DNA of 64,000 nt from Glaucostegus cemiculus (GCA_976551045.1 CDPCPM010000015.1:18786001-18850000), one strand, 5' to 3'; positions 12,306 to 26,047 are shown, counted from the first letter of the stretch. Program-made: numbers and translations. The notes: generated by a model from the letters alone, not told the origin.

Positions 12306-14934
12306 GGTACACAGTGCCATTGAGCCAGTATTTCCCAGCTAGTAGTTCCCAGCTGGGGTGTCTACTTGTAAAATCAAAAAGCAGAATCCAACATTTTTGA
12401 ATTTGGAAGTAATCAAATGCAAAAGATTGAAAATGTGCACTCAAGGTCTGACAGATTAGAGAGCCTTCCATAAAAACCAGACAATGGATTTCAGCTGAAA
12501 ATATTAACCTATCTTTCCCTTCTAGGTACTTAGGTTCAACATTACCACATGTGCACCATCAGTAGTCCAATGCCAGCTGAACTGGTGCTAACTAGTCGAA
12601 CTTAGTGAACCACAATCTATAAGGGTAATTAAAATAAAACATTCTTCATTCAAAAACCACTCCAATTTCAAACAGCTGAACAGTTGTCAATGCTACGTTA
12701 TTGATAGTTATATATTCATATGAAATAAATAATATTTCTGCACACCTTGTTCTGTCAAATAATTTTGCACAGAGGTACATATCTATTGACAAACTGGCAC
12801 CCATATTCCATTTACGTACAGGATCTGGGCTCTCTCTCTCTAGCACAGACCCAAGGAACCACTACATTGGAAGATCTGCCTACATTCAAATAAGGGAAGA
12901 GATTCCAATTTGGCAGGATAATGGAAAGTAAAGTGAAGCACAGGCTGATCTCATCATTATTGAGTTGGATTCTCAAATAGTTAAACAAATTCCTAACCTG
13001 CCATCCCAGTGGTTAAATTGGATAATGAAGAGAAAGGATATCCTGACTAACATGCATCCTTCAAACTCACTTCTTATTCATTACACACAAGTTTTTCAAT
13101 TGATAAGTAAAGCCCTATTCAGTTCCCTGGCAACTCAATAACTTCATAAAGTTTAATTTTCTATCAATTATTTTAATTTAGGAGGTAAAATTGAATGCAG
13201 TTGGAGAAATCAATTTCTATATTTGTGCATCATTAGCTAGGCTACTTATAAATAGCACCCAAAATCCTATACATGTCACTGTAAGTCTGTGTGTGTTAAA
13301 ACCTGTTAAGGTCATGAAGAAATTAAGATTTTTTCAATAATGGGTTTGTTTCTTGGATGAATCTTCATTTTGAATTGCATTTTCTTTCAAATGAAAACCC
13401 TGGGGTGATACGATTATTGCCGAGGACCAATCAAAAGCAAATTGATGTCCAAGAATACGTAGATACTTCAAGCACTTACAAGTATAATTATTCAGTCTTT
13501 ATGCCTTGAGATACTATTGGGTGTTTTATGTCTTCATCCTGCAGAAACTATTTCAGAGGCAGTTCATGAACGAGCTATATTAGCAATAAAAAACAATCTG
13601 CCCAAATATAAAGTTTTTTCAGCTTAAATAAATATAGCAAAAGCAATGCCTGAAACATACAACAATTTACCCAAGGGTTATTTGACTCATATATCTAGTC
13701 ACTAAAATCTCCATATCGCCCACCTCCTGCTAAACTTTGAAAGAAAAATACAGCAGCAGTAAGGCAGTGATGAGACCGAAGCAGTTAATCACATCTTCTC
13801 TGGAGCTCATTGCAGGGATTATTTTATGTTCTTTCCTATTCAAACCACACTTTGAGAAAAGCCAACAATGAAAGTGAACTATAAATTGGATGTGATCCAT
13901 CAATCATACCAGCTCTCAATTTCACATTACAGGCAGAATAATCTCAGAAAGGTTTCAAGAATTTACTTAATACAAATTTTTACTGGCAAAGAATACTGAA
14001 AGGAAAGATAGTGGTCAAATATGTACCAGATGTTAAATGAGAGGAATTCTCCTAAACCAAATACTAAATCTCCACAGAAGAGGAGTGAAGCAAAACATTG
14101 GATTCCTTATAGCCTCTCTGGAAAGTTACAGCTAGTTCTGAATACATGCAGTTTCACGTTGCCTAAGCAGTGGAGGGAAGAACATGGACTGTGTCTTGAC
14201 AGGAGTAGGTTTTCCACATAGTGTGAGGAGTTGTGAATGGAACCAAGAGTCAGTATTTCCCTATTCTTAATGAAGTCCAGAGAATGTGTCTTTTTCATAC
14301 CCCACCAAGTTCCATACCTGAAAACCAACAGATAGCCACCTTGGTTAATACACCACAAGGAGCAAAGAACCTGCTCTGGGCATAATGAGGACGTATGGAT
14401 TGGGATCTGGATTTTTGAGGGCGCAGTGGGAAAGTGGCAAATGAATGGATGCAGGGAAAGCAATTCTATTCCTCCTAACTCATACACAGTGCTACAATGA
14501 TATTTATTTTTTCCATGCAGCATCCTTGCCTCACCTTGGTTGTCAGGCTTCATCAAAATAAAATAAGAGGCATACACTCTCCTGATAATATTTAAATGCC
14601 CAGCTCATCTTGTGGGAGTACATTAATTGCTCACTTCCCCATCCTACCTCTGTTAACCCTAGAAATAAGAAAATTGGAGTCATAGTTTCAAGATTTTACA
14701 ATTTTAAATCTCATACAACTTAGACCCACCAGTTAACGGGGTTTAAAATTCCCCTCCGCCTCGATTTTGGTTTAATGCAGTGAGGCCATTACATGGAAAT
14801 TTTTTTCCCCCGGGAGCAGAACAAAGTAGGACTGGTCCCATTCAATCACGAAATCAGCCAGCATCAATTTAAAATGACTCCCATGTTTCATTGCGATTTC
14901 CAGGGAAAAAATGTAATCACAGGTTGGAAGTCTC

Positions 14935-16930
14935 ATAAGAACATAGGAAACAGAAGCAGGCATTAACCTATCATCCCTTTGAACCTGCTCCTCCAACATG
15001 GCTGATCCAAACTTGGGCTCAGCACCACTTACCTGCTCTCTCCCCATATCTGGTGATCCCCTTGTAATGTAAGTGTCTGTCAATCACCACCACAAATATA
15101 TTCAATGCATCAGCCTCTGCGGTTCACTGAGTGGAAAACTCGAGGGATTTATAATCATTTGAGAGTAGAAGTTCCTCATCACCGACTTAAATTGGTGATC
15201 CCTCATTGTAAAAAATGTTCCCCAGTTCTAGATAGGGGAAACAACCTTTCAGTATCTACTCTGTCAATCCCACTCAGAATCTTACGTGTTTCAATTAAAT
15301 CGTCTTTATTTCCTTTTGTCCAATGAGTACAGGGCCAACCTGCTCAAACGTTCTAGATGCGTTAATCCCTTCACCCCAGAAATCAAATGAGTGAAGGTCC
15401 TCCACATTGCCCTCAATGTAAATACATTCTACTTTAAGTATGAAGAATAAAACTGCTCACCATCCTCCAGGTGTCACCTCACCCGAGCCCTGTAAAATTG
15501 CATCATACTTTCCCTGCTTTTATGCAATGAAGACCAACATTTCATTAGCCTGCCGGGTCACTTGCACAGTATATTTTTAAGTTTCCTGCACTAGGACCTC
15601 AGATCCTTCTGTACCAAAACATCTCACTCCATCTAAATATTAATTTATTTTCTTATTCTTCCTCCCAAAACTTCATGTTTCCCCAAATTAGACTCCATCT
15701 GCCAGTTTTTGACTTCTCCCTTAATCTATTGATTTCCCCTTGCAGGCTCTTTGTGTTCTCATGACTTACCAACCCACCTACTTTTGTATCATCAACAATT
15801 TTGGCTGAAGTACACTTGGTTTCTTCATCCAAGTTACTAATGTAGGTTATAAATAGCTCCAGCGGTGATCCACATGGCACCCTGTTGTTACTGATTGTCA
15901 GAAATGACCCGTTTTCCCCAATTGTTTCCTGTTAGTTGGCCATGGTCCCATCCATGCCAATAGATTCCTTCTAATCCTGTATGATCTTATCTTGTGCTGC
16001 AGCCTTTTTATGGCACCTAATCCAAAGCCATCTAGAAGTAAAATACAGATATACCAGTTCTGCTTTCTCCACCTTGTTTGATACATCCTCAAAGAACTCT
16101 AGCGAATTTATTAAACACAACATTCCTTTCATACAACCATGTTGACTCTACTTGATTGTTTTATGATTTACTAACTGTCCTGCTAGTTCCTTCTTGGTAA
16201 TGGATTCCAGCATTTTTCCAATAGTTCCATGCTTTTTGGGTCTGTCCTTTCTTGAATATATTTATTGTTTTATGGTCCTCTGTGTCCTCTCCAAAATCCA
16301 GGGAATTTTGGGTAAATTATTCCTGTGCGTCTCTACTTTAACACCCTACATTGAAGGTTATCAGATCTATGAGATTTCTTGACCTTCGGCTCCATTACTT
16401 GGTCCTGTTTTTTTTGGTGATTAATTTAATTTCATCCCTTTGTAGATCCCCTTGATTATCTATTGTTAATGGATGTTTTTCATGTTTTCTACTCTACAGA
16501 CCAATCCAAAACAATTAGTTAGAATCTGTCATTTTTCTTTTTCCCATTGTTAATTCCACAATCTCATCCTCTAAGGCCAAGATTTACTTCAGCTAGCCTC
16601 TTCCTTATTTACCTGCAGAAGCTGCTACTATCTACTTTTATATTATTTGCTAGTTTACTCATATTCTATCTTCTCCCACTTTTTACTTTTTTTAATCTTC
16701 TAAAACTTCCACTAATCTTCACAATATTCTTTCATATTCGATTGATGTATTACAATCTTCAACTTCTTTAGCAATGGATAGCACATTCTTCACAGAGCCT
16801 TTCTTTCTCATCAGAATATACCTTGAATTTCTTCCATGGTTGATCTACCATCTTATCCTTTAATGTATTTTCACAATCTGCATTCGCCATTGTAAATGCC
16901 ATTAATTAAGTTTAAGATAGTAGTTTCAGA
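14935..16930 (-). mobile_element. Long degraded CR1 LINE (RT domain through 3' end)
   Basis: Minus-strand translations ISNLDEETKCTSAKIVDDTKVGG and RLQHKIRSYRIRRNLLAWM are CR1 RT motifs; tail CATAAGAACATAGG at ~14935. Confidence 0.8.
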
Positions 16931-17044
16931 CCCAAGTTTCTCAGCCTCAAATTGAATATGAAATTCTACCCATCAAAGAACTCAGAGAAGCAGCAATAGA
17001 CCTTAGCTTAACCACACTAAGGGGCTGGGCATTTGAAACTGAGT

Positions 17045-17290
17045 TACATAGAAATTTCTTCACCTGAATCCCTGGAATTCTCTGCTCTGGTGGATATTGG
17101 AAGCTGGATCTTTAGAAGTATTAAAGTTGAGGTGGATAAGTATCTGATAGATCAAGGAATAGAGGAGTACGGAGGAATAGCACAGAAGAGGAGTTGAGGC
17201 CAGCATAGATCAGCCACGACCATATTAAATGGCGGGGCAGGCTGGAGGGTTCTGATAATCTACTCCTGCTCCTACTTTCTTGTGTTCTTT
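17045..17290 (+). mobile_element. CR1 3' fragment
   Basis: AGAAATTTCTTCAC..TGGAATTCTCTG...GATCAGCCACGACCATATTAAATGGCGGGGCAGGCT. Confidence 0.75.
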
Positions 17291-17392
17291 TTTTAAATTT
17301 TATTTACAGCGTGGTAACAGGCCCTTGTGGCCCAACGAGTCCACGCCGCCCATTTTAAACCCCCAAATAAACCTACCCATACGTCTTTTAGA
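17291..17392 (-). mobile_element. 5'-truncated V-SINE tail
   Basis: Near-identical to the tail of 4051-4309. Confidence 0.85.
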
Positions 17393-18262
17393 ATTCTTGT
17401 ATTCTCGGCTAAGCCAAATTAGTTTGAGAGTAGGACTAGAATCAAATGGATGGGATTACTTCCCTCTTCAAAGACTTGAGAAAAAATCCAGATTAATACT
17501 CCAGCCTAAGAGAACTGCACTATGAGAGGTGTGGTGTTTCAACAAGATGTTAAATCAATGTTCTTGGTTCCTCTTTCAATTGGATGCAGAAGGCTGACAG
17601 GAGGAGATATTTTTTCACTCAGCGGGTGGTGAATCTTTGTAGGGCTCTGAAGGCTCAGTTGCAGTGTTCATTGAAACACAGATGGATAGATTTCTAGACA
17701 TTAAGGGAATTGAAAATTGTGGGGATGGCAGTGAACAATGGCACTGAGGCAGCAGGTCAGCCATGACCTTAGTGAATGGAGAAAGCTTAAAGAACCAGGC
17801 AGCCTACTCTTGCACCCATTTCTTAGACATTGCATTGCCATTCTAGTTTGTTGTGCTTACACCACTGAAGTGGGACAAGCACATGACTTAGAGACAAATA
17901 TTTTGCCAATATTGTACCTGGTTACACTGAGTCTCTAAAGGTGATGTTCAGGGACATCCCTAACTCTAGTCCTATGGGAACTCTTATTCTTAGTGAAGAA
18001 AATAAAATTCCAAATACGATACATTTTTAGAGACATAGAGATGCAGCACAGAAAGAGACCTTACAGCTCATGATTCCCATGTTGACAATCAAGCACCCAT
18101 CTATACTAATCCCACTGGCCAGTGCTTGGTCTGTAGATTTCAATGCCTTGACAATTCAGGTGTTCATGTAGACACTTCTTAAATGGTGTAAGAGTACCTG
18201 CCTTCCCCTTATGCAGTATGTTCCAGATTCCAACCATGTTGTGGGTGAAAAGTATCTTCCTC

Positions 18263-18331
18263 TGTTACTAAGTAGCTTACTACTGGCAAATGTCCCTTTA
18301 AGACAGACATTTTTTTTGTGTGTGTGTGTGT

Positions 18332-18392
<61 letters not shown>

Positions 18393-19167
18393 CCCCTATA
18401 AGAACGTATTACGTCAACAGAAGATAAGACCAACGTGATGAGGTCATTACGAGAAAAAAAAGAGAAAGAGAGAGAGAGACAGATGGATGGAGAGAGAGAG
18501 GAAAGAGACACGGCAGCCTGTTTTGTTTCTGTCAATGGATGAAGGACAGTAACTGTGTTTGTCGCTACAATCCACGGATGGATTTCTGGAGTAGTTCAGT
18601 GGAGTCCACTGTGTCAGTAACCTGTAGAAGGACACAGGTGTTTGTGTGGATGACCACATTTTGGATGCTTTTCAGAGTGGCAAATGCTTCAGAACAAAGT
18701 GATGGAATTCGCTTTGCTGTTAACCTGTAGAAGAACACAGGTATTTGCATGGACAGTCACGATCCAGGAGTTTTCGGGGAGAGAAAGTCACTACCGAGTA
18801 AGCCCTGAAGTGTCGTTTGAGTTCTGAGTGGAACATTCAGATTTTGTGATTCCTCTCTAATCTCTATCTATATCTATGTTTTGTCTTTGGTGGACGGTGC
18901 TTGTGAAGAAGCCTTTATTCGTGTTTCATCTTACGGCTTACTGAACTGAACTTTAAGAACTAATTCCTGGGCTTGGAGTTTAGGAATTTGCCACACACAC
19001 ACGACGAGTAGTTTTGGGGTTACAGTTTAAGATTCTAACATTTTTTTTGTACTAATATACTAACTTTTTATTCTTATTTTACGTATTATTGGAAGTAGTT
19101 ATTAATAAAGTAGTTTTAACACTGAAATATGACTTGGTGTGCTTCTTTTGTTGCTGGGTTCATAACA
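18263..19167 (+). mobile_element. Solo LTR (905 bp) with 4-bp TSD CCTC
   Basis: TGTTA...TAACA termini, CCTC at 18259-18262 and 19168-19171, AATAAA near 19104; homologous to 51760-52530. Confidence 0.88.
18317..18386 (+). repeat. (TG)n microsatellite inside the LTR
   Basis: Direct reading. Confidence 0.97.
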
Positions 19168-19469
19168 CCTCAGATTCCCTCTAAACTTCTGACACCTCTG
19201 CTATGTGGAAAAGTTTCCTACTATCTACCTGATCTATACCCCCAATAATATTGTACATCTCTATTAGGTTCCACCTCAGTCTCCTCCACTCCAAGGACAC
19301 CAAAACCCAAACCATCCAGTTTCTCCCTGCTCTGAAATTCTCCACTCCAGGCAACATCCAGCTGAATCTCCTTTGTATCCTCACTTTACCTTTCACTATG
19401 ATTTAAAAGTCAACACCAACATTCACACGCAGAATGCTGAAAATCCAACGAATATATCAATCAAAAATG

Positions 19470-19795
19470 CTGTGGGGGAAGCATGGTTTGTCCCCAGGGT
19501 TGAAATGCCTAATACCAGTGGGCATGCATTTAAGGTGAGTGGGGAAAAGTTCAAAGGAGATGTGTGGGCCAAGATGTTTTACACAGAGAGTGGTGGGTGC
19601 CTGGAATGTGTTGCCTGGGGTGGTGGTGGAGGCAAATGTGACAGGGGTCTTCAAGGAGCTCTTAGATAGGCACCTGAATGTGAGGGAAATGGCAGGATGT
19701 GGACATTGTGTAGGCAGAAGGGATTAGTTTAGTTGGGCATTTTATTACTAATGTAATGGTTTGGCACTACATTGTGGGCTGAAGGTCCTGTTCCC
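19470..19795 (+). mobile_element. CR1 3' fragment
   Basis: PRVEMPNTSGHAFKVSGEKFKGDV / FTQRVVGAWNVLP. Confidence 0.88.
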
Positions 19796-20069
19796 CCTGA
19801 CTGTGGGCTCTAAGTCTTCACAACTCACAACTACTTCTGTAGTTAATGAATTTCCGTGGTTGCTAATTATATTCTGGGCTGCAATTCGTTAAACAAAGCA
19901 GGAATTATCTACAAATTTGGAACTGACAAAACTACATCCTAATGGATTTCCTACTTTACTATTTTGCTTCGCAAGTCACTGTCCTTTATCTTGGGAAAGA
20001 TTTTAAGTAGTTTGCTTTCTTGGGGATCTATGTCAATTCATTGGAAGCAGTTCCTCACACATTGCTGGA

Positions 20070-20591
20070 TTTCTCTAGAGGGTAGTGAGGGCAGCGGAGA
20101 AGATCATAGGTGTCTCTCTACCCTCCATTATAGACATATACAAGGACCGATGTGTTAGGAAGGCCAAAAATATAATGTTGGATCCTTCTCACCCCTCCCG
20201 TCATCTCTTCACACTCTTGCCATCTGGAAGAAGGCTCAAATGCATCAAGGCAAGAATGACCAGGCTGTGTAATAGCTTCTTCCCACAAGCCATTAGATCT
20301 GTGAACTCTCTCATCCCTCCATCTCTCCTGCCAACACTAAAGGATGCTAGGCGTTCAGAAACGCACCAACACTTTAAATGTCCGCTGCCAGTTCACTCAT
20401 TTTAAGACTATTTATTTAAGTTGTATAATTTAATTTAATTTTTGTGGTTCTAATGTTTCTCAGTGTCTTTCTGTCTGTGTGTCTCTTCTGTTTAATATTT
20501 AATGTGACGTGCACCTGTGGGGTATGGCATCTCGCTCCTATGCATACTGTGTGTGTATATGGTTGTGACAATAAAACTGATTCTGATTCTA
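20070..20591 (+). mobile_element. 5'-truncated Rex1/Babar LINE
   Basis: RAAEKIIGVSLPSI.DIYKDRC...DPSHPS.HLFTLLPSGRR...RLCNSFFPQAIR; AATAAA plus (GATTCT)n tail. Confidence 0.88.
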
Positions 20592-20964
20592 GTTTGGCGT
20601 GGAGGTAGCCCTCAACAAGGAGTTCAAATGACATCATAGAGTGTGACAACAGTGAAAGAACAGCTTCTGACTATTATCTGGAAAGGTTCAAATTAGATTA
20701 GATTATCAAAATTATCCTTCTTTTCTGCTGTTATTGATGTTGTTGTCATTCCCATGGTACCTTAGACCATTTTTCTGCTGACGGTAGCTTTTTGTGCTGG
20801 TACCTCTTGCCAGCACTTTGTCATTGGAAAACAATGACTTTCACAGAAGGGTACCAATAGCTGTGATATTGCTACTAAAATGTGCAACCAGAAATAACCC
20901 ACAATTAATTCAAAGGGATATAAGGCTCTAAATTATGTCAAAGGAAACCATTCTCAGGGAGAAG

Positions 20965-21251
20965 ATAACATTTCTTTATTAGTCACATGTATATCGAAAC
21001 ACACAGTGAAATGCATCTTTTGCGTAGAGTGTTCTGGGGGCAGCCCGCAAGTGTTGTCGCACTTCCAGCGCCAACATAGCATGCCCACAACTTCCTAACC
21101 CGTATGTCTTTGGAATGTGGGAGGAAACCAGAGCACCCGGAGGAAACCCACACAGACACACGAGGAGAATGTACAAACTGCTTACAGACAGAGGCTGGGA
21201 TTGAACCCGGATCATTGGTGCTGTAATAGCGTTACGCTAACCACTACACTC
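20965..21251 (-). mobile_element. V-SINE with alternative (Rex1/Babar-like) tail
   Basis: Same tRNA head and V-core as 4051-4309 but the tail reads GCGGGCTGCCCCCAG...GCAAAAGATGCATTTCACTGTGTGTTTCGATATACATGTGACTAATAAAG. Confidence 0.88.
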
Positions 21252-21789
21252 TAATTCAGGGCTCTGATTATTACATAAACCATTCCCAACTACCTGGTCC
21301 GTCAATATCAAAATCCTTTGTTTACACCATATAACTGAACAAACCTCATGGGCAGCCATTATTATGCTCATAATGGACTCAATTCACATGAAACACTGTC
21401 ACTAAATTATGCATTGGCTGAAAGTAAATAGATCAAGATTTTGACAGTGTTCAATTCTGAACAAGTCCACGTTTACATTCCGAGTTCAATTCTGAGCACT
21501 GTAGACAAACCGTCTTTAAGATCACAAGCCAAATAATAAACAAGTGATGTACTTCAGAGCTAGACTCGATGGGATCCACTTTTAATTTTATCAGCACTTG
21601 GACGAATGTGATAAAACATCAAATACAGGCTCTTTAAATCCTGGGCAGTTTACACTTCACAAGATCACAAGACAAGGGAGCAGAAGTAGGCCACTCAGCC
21701 CATCGAGTCTGCTTCAATCAAGTCCAGGGTTCATTTAGTCACTTTCCCTTTTAAATAAAAAATCTGCTGTTTGCGGAATCCTTAGGTTG

Positions 21790-22010
21790 TCATCACCTTC
21801 TCTCAGCCAGAATCCTACGAGTTGTTTCATTCAATCTCTCTTGGTCACCACCCTCTCATGGATCTCCTTTGTTCATTCCACCCCGACCCCTTCAACATCC
21901 AAATGTTTACTTTTTAACCTTCTCAAGAGCTGATGATGGCTCATTGACCTGACATGCTGACTCTGCTTTCCTCTTCACAGCTGAGTATTTCTAAATTATT
22001 CTGTTTTCAT
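21790..22010 (+). mobile_element. Penelope-like 3' remnant with degenerate hammerhead core
   Basis: CTGATGA (21930-21936) TGGCTCATTGACCT GACATGCTGACTCTG...CACAG CTGAGTATTT. Confidence 0.55.
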
Positions 22011-22872
22011 TCCCTAAATTGGCAGTTTGGTTAAATTTGCTATTTTGCCCTTTCTAACTAAATGCTGGATAAATCCTTGTTAAGATCAGTTTGCAACTGG
22101 CATCAAACATTATTTGAATTGGCCAAATTTCTTTTACTTTAATATTCAGAACTTTTTACCCTGGTTTGAATTAAAGACCCTCTCCCATTCATAAAATACT
22201 TGAACAGAGAAAGTCCAATTCTTGTATTTCATGCTTTATGCTTGGTTTAATTTTGGAAAGTCATGCAAGCAAGATTGTCACCTTTTGCGATTATTGAGAA
22301 GGAGAGGCTGGCTGTGATTTCCACTGTCTTAAGTAGCAAGAGGATCATCACTGTACCAGGTTCCTTGTGGTTTACAGTAATATCCCAGCAGTCTAGAGAT
22401 GATATTCTCTGATACAACCAACTGATTTTTCAGTGTGATGGCAAGGAGCTCTTGCTTCTCAAACACACTCAGAGGTCAAAACTGATGATTTTGGTTAAGA
22501 GGGTTTATATGACTCCCTGGGTATACAACTACTGTGTAAATAAGCTTCAATAAGCATGAAAAGTTTAATCACTTTTCAATACACTCTTGCTGTACTCCAA
22601 CTATTGCTAATGCTCCATTACTGTACTCTTATTGTAATTAATATACTCCTCTTGTACTCACACAGCATTCTCGGGAGGCAGGCTTTTAAGCCTGGAAGCA
22701 TAAGCTTTTGAAACTGACAGTGTGGGCTTTTGAACTATCACATGGTTATCCTGCAGGCTGGCAAATTGATAGCCCACTGTAGTCTGAGACAATGGTCTGT
22801 CTAAGCAGTATCTCAAAGTCTGCCTGTGACCAGCCATGCTACCTAATCCTTCACACTGAAGGCACTCAGCCC

Positions 22873-23062
22873 CAAAGCAAAATACTGCTGGAAATAAAAT
22901 AGAGAATGTTGGAAGTATTCAACCTATCACCTAGCATCTGTGGAAAGAGGAACAAAGTTAACATCTCTGATAAAACGCTATCAACCTGAACGGTTAATCT
23001 TATTTCTTTTTCCATAGAAGCTGTTTCAGCTGATGGATTTCCCAACCTGTCCATTTTCATTT
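22873..23062. mobile_element. Penelope-derived fold-back element, diverged
   Basis: AAAGCAAAATACTGCTGGAAATAAAA...GCATCTGTGGAAAGAG..GTTAAC / CTGATAA..CCTGAACGGTTAA..TCCATAGAAGCTG. Confidence 0.6.
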
Positions 23063-23949
23063 TAAACTCAGTCCTGGTTGTGTTTACATATTTTAGTTAT
23101 TTATCGTGTTCAAATTTGGAGGCTAAGGTGCCTCAATCATCCTATATTAGATCACTAAATCTGTTGGTACTAGAAACCTGAGACATATGTCAGGCTTTGG
23201 CCACTGTGGTCAGAATGGACACAGTGGGCAGAAGGGCCTGTATCCATGCTGTATTGTTCTATGTAAATTAATGCCACGTGAATCCTCCAAGCCACTATGC
23301 TACACACCTCTGGGACGCCCATGAAGTAAATAGCTACACAAACAGCATGAGGCTCACTTCACACGTGCAACATATATTTTCATGCAGAATCCATGTATTA
23401 TCCAAAATATGACACAGCACAATAGAAAGTGTACACTGCCCATACCTCCCCACTGGACTTTAGGTTGCAAAGGGCCATTAAGAGAGACCACCTGCAACTG
23501 ACCTTGGTGCATTGTATAGGGACAGCAGGTAGTGACTCCATGCAGTGGGTCTGGTCCAGTATGATAGAGCCCCTACACTTATGTGCAAATCCAGTGGCTC
23601 TGAGGGGCATTGCAACATTATGCAACAAAGTCATTCTGCAGCTATTCTGTTCAGACTAATTAGTGTAGTCTAGATGGTAAAAGATAATCCTAGAACAAAT
23701 CTAATCAATCCGTGCTGGAAAATCACATTACAGTCACACCATGTCCTAAGAATTAGAAAACCTGGATGTGATTTTGTGCAGCCACTGCAGTGTCCCTGAA
23801 TAAGATGAATTCCTTGCTGCTGAAATTTGTCCATCATGAGTTGTTTGTAACATTAATTCCTGAAACACTGCTTTGTGGAAAGTCTCTCCAAACAGTAGCA
23901 TATTCCTGAAAACAACATCCTATTTTCAAAAAGACTCAAACCAAAAAAA

Positions 23950-24290
23950 GAAGCTGGATTTTTAAAGGACTTGAGATCATCCAAACAATTCACAGCCAAT
24001 GAAGCATCTTCTTCCAAATATAAAACAAAGCAGCATTCCATCAAATTTCAACAAATAGGAAATGAGCAGATAATTCACTTCAGTGATGTTAGTTGGGCAG
24101 GACATCAGCCCAGCTATGCTACAGCTGGTATAACAGGACCTTTTCCATTCTGCTGAAATAGCAGTCTAGATCACAGATGACTGCCTCATTCAAAAGAGAG
24201 CAATTCGAACAGTGCAGCATCCTCCATACTGAAACACTATTTGCTCAGATCTCTGGAACAGGATCCAGATGCATCACCACTAAGCTAAAC
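23950..24290 (-). mobile_element. Deu-domain SINE, diverged
   Basis: CATCCAAACAATTCACAGCCAATGAAG...CAGATAAT...GTGATGTTAGTTG is the reverse of the Deu-SINE 3' region. Confidence 0.55.
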
Positions 24291-25165
24291 TTGATGGTTT
24301 AGCAATTCAGTACTGAAAAACAGAGGTTTAGTAACCTCGGGGATTCCATAAAAACTCTGAAAACCTTCTTGATCAGTGATAGTACTGAAAGCTATCTTAT
24401 TATCCAACTACAGTACAAACATAAAACTAATTTAATTTATTTATGCATTTTATAAATGCCATATTAAATAAAGAAATTCATTACATCTATCTCTTCTCTG
24501 CCAAGAAGAAAGTCAATATTAAATTCAGCTGGGCGACATCCATTTAAAAAAAATGGAACCAAAATGCAATTATTTTTTGGAGGTTTGTTCTAGTGCATTT
24601 TATTGAATTAACTGAAATGTGATTGTGAGTTAGATTCAGCTATTTACAGTGCTTCTTGGCAGACATACACGGCACCAGAGTACAGCCATACAAGAGAGTT
24701 GAGTTCTCATTGCAGACATGTGAAGGGCAGATGCAATGACACCTGGTGAATCAAATAGTCTCTGAAAAGATATGCTGGGTAATCTTTTCATTTTAGATGG
24801 TGATTCAGCAACATTGAAACTCTGACTTTGAAAAAAAATTGAATTAAGCTTCCCTTCATGTTATCTTTCTCTTTTTTTTTGGCTCTTCTCTCCTGATGCC
24901 AGATTTAATAAGAACATAAGAAATACCAGCAGAGTTCATGGAGTCTGTTCTCCCATTTAATGAGATCATGGCTGAACCATCCATTTTAGCATTCCAGCAC
25001 CATATCCTCCTACTGAAAATCTATCAAAATCTTGAATATACTCAGTGACTAACCATCCATAGAGGAAGAGAATTCCAGATTCTGAATAAAGCAGTTTCTC
25101 ATCAAGTTCAGACTAAATATCTGACCTCATATCATGAGACCATGCCTCCTTGTTGTGGGTGCTTA

Positions 25166-25335
25166 GAACATAGAACATAGAAAAACTACAGCACAATTCA
25201 GGCCCTTCAGCCCACAAAGCTGTGCCGAACATGTCCCTACACTAGAAATTACTGGGCATTTCCATAGCCCTCTATGTTACTTATCTCCATGTACCTATCT
25301 AACAGCCTCTTGAAAGACCCTATCGTATCCGCATC
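25166..25335 (-). mobile_element. Young CR1 3' end nested in an older CR1 fragment (~24910-25385)
   Basis: (AGAACAT)n tail and CTACAGCACAATTCAGGCCCTTCAGCCCACAAAGCTGTGCCGAACATGTCCC, reverse complement of 400-470. Confidence 0.85.
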
Positions 25336-25599
25336 TGGTTCAGTGTAAGAAAGCAGTATCTTGGCATCTCTCCTGATAATCCCTCACAGAAATTCCTGGA
25401 TAAGTTTTTAACTTTTCAACATCCAGTAATAGTCCAGTGGCCTAATTGTCTTTTATTACAACTGGGTCAATGGAAGCCCTTTGTTGTGTTGTGAAAGTTT
25501 TTTTAAAAGAGAACTCTATAACTCTCCCAATGCCATGTGGCCATAGAAGGCATCACAGTCAAGAACAACATTGAAATCAACACACACATGCACACCAGA

Positions 25600-25962
25600 T
25601 AGACACTTTGGCCAAGAAAGTATACCAGTGCTTCTAATTCCTTAGAAGACTATGGAAATTCGGCATGTTCCCAATGACTCCCACCAATTTTTGCAGGTCC
25701 ACCATAGGAAGCATCGTATCCAGATGCATCACAGCTTGGCATGGCAACTGCTCTACTCAGGACCGCAAGAAGTTGCAGAGAGTTGTGAACACAGTCCAGT
25801 CTATCACGCAAACCAGCCTCCCCTCCACAGACTCTGTCTATATTTCCTGTTGCATTGGGAAAGCAGCCAGCATATTCAAGGGCACCTCCCAACCCAGTCA
25901 GTCTCTCTTTCCCCTGTTTCCATTGGACAGAAGATACAAGAGCTTGAGAACAAATACCAACC
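25600..25962 (+). mobile_element. Rex1/Babar LINE ORF fragment (different subfamily)
   Basis: TNFCRSTIGSIVSRCITAWHGNCSTQDRKKLQRVVNTVQSITQTSLPS. Confidence 0.85.
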
Positions 25963-26047
25963 ATCTGATTCTTCCCCAGCAGTTCTTAAGAATGGTAACT
26001 ATCAGAATTGCTATTTGAGTAAAAGCCACTCACCAACCTTTCAGAAT

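Larger units (their letters stand above)
18030..19390 (-). mobile_element. CR1 3' fragment split by a solo LTR
   Basis: Removing 18263-19171 restores GTGAAAAGTATCTTCCTC-AGATTCCCTCTAAAC; translation LEWRRLRWNLIEMYNIIGGID. Confidence 0.8.

Noticed and set aside
14107-14577. 156-aa minus-strand ORF
   Set aside because: No recognisable domain; at most a faint resemblance to a degraded LINE C-terminus, which I cannot support
18209-18535. His/Thr or Cys/Val repeat ORFs (also 51683-52183)
   Set aside because: Translations of (TG)n microsatellites within LTRs
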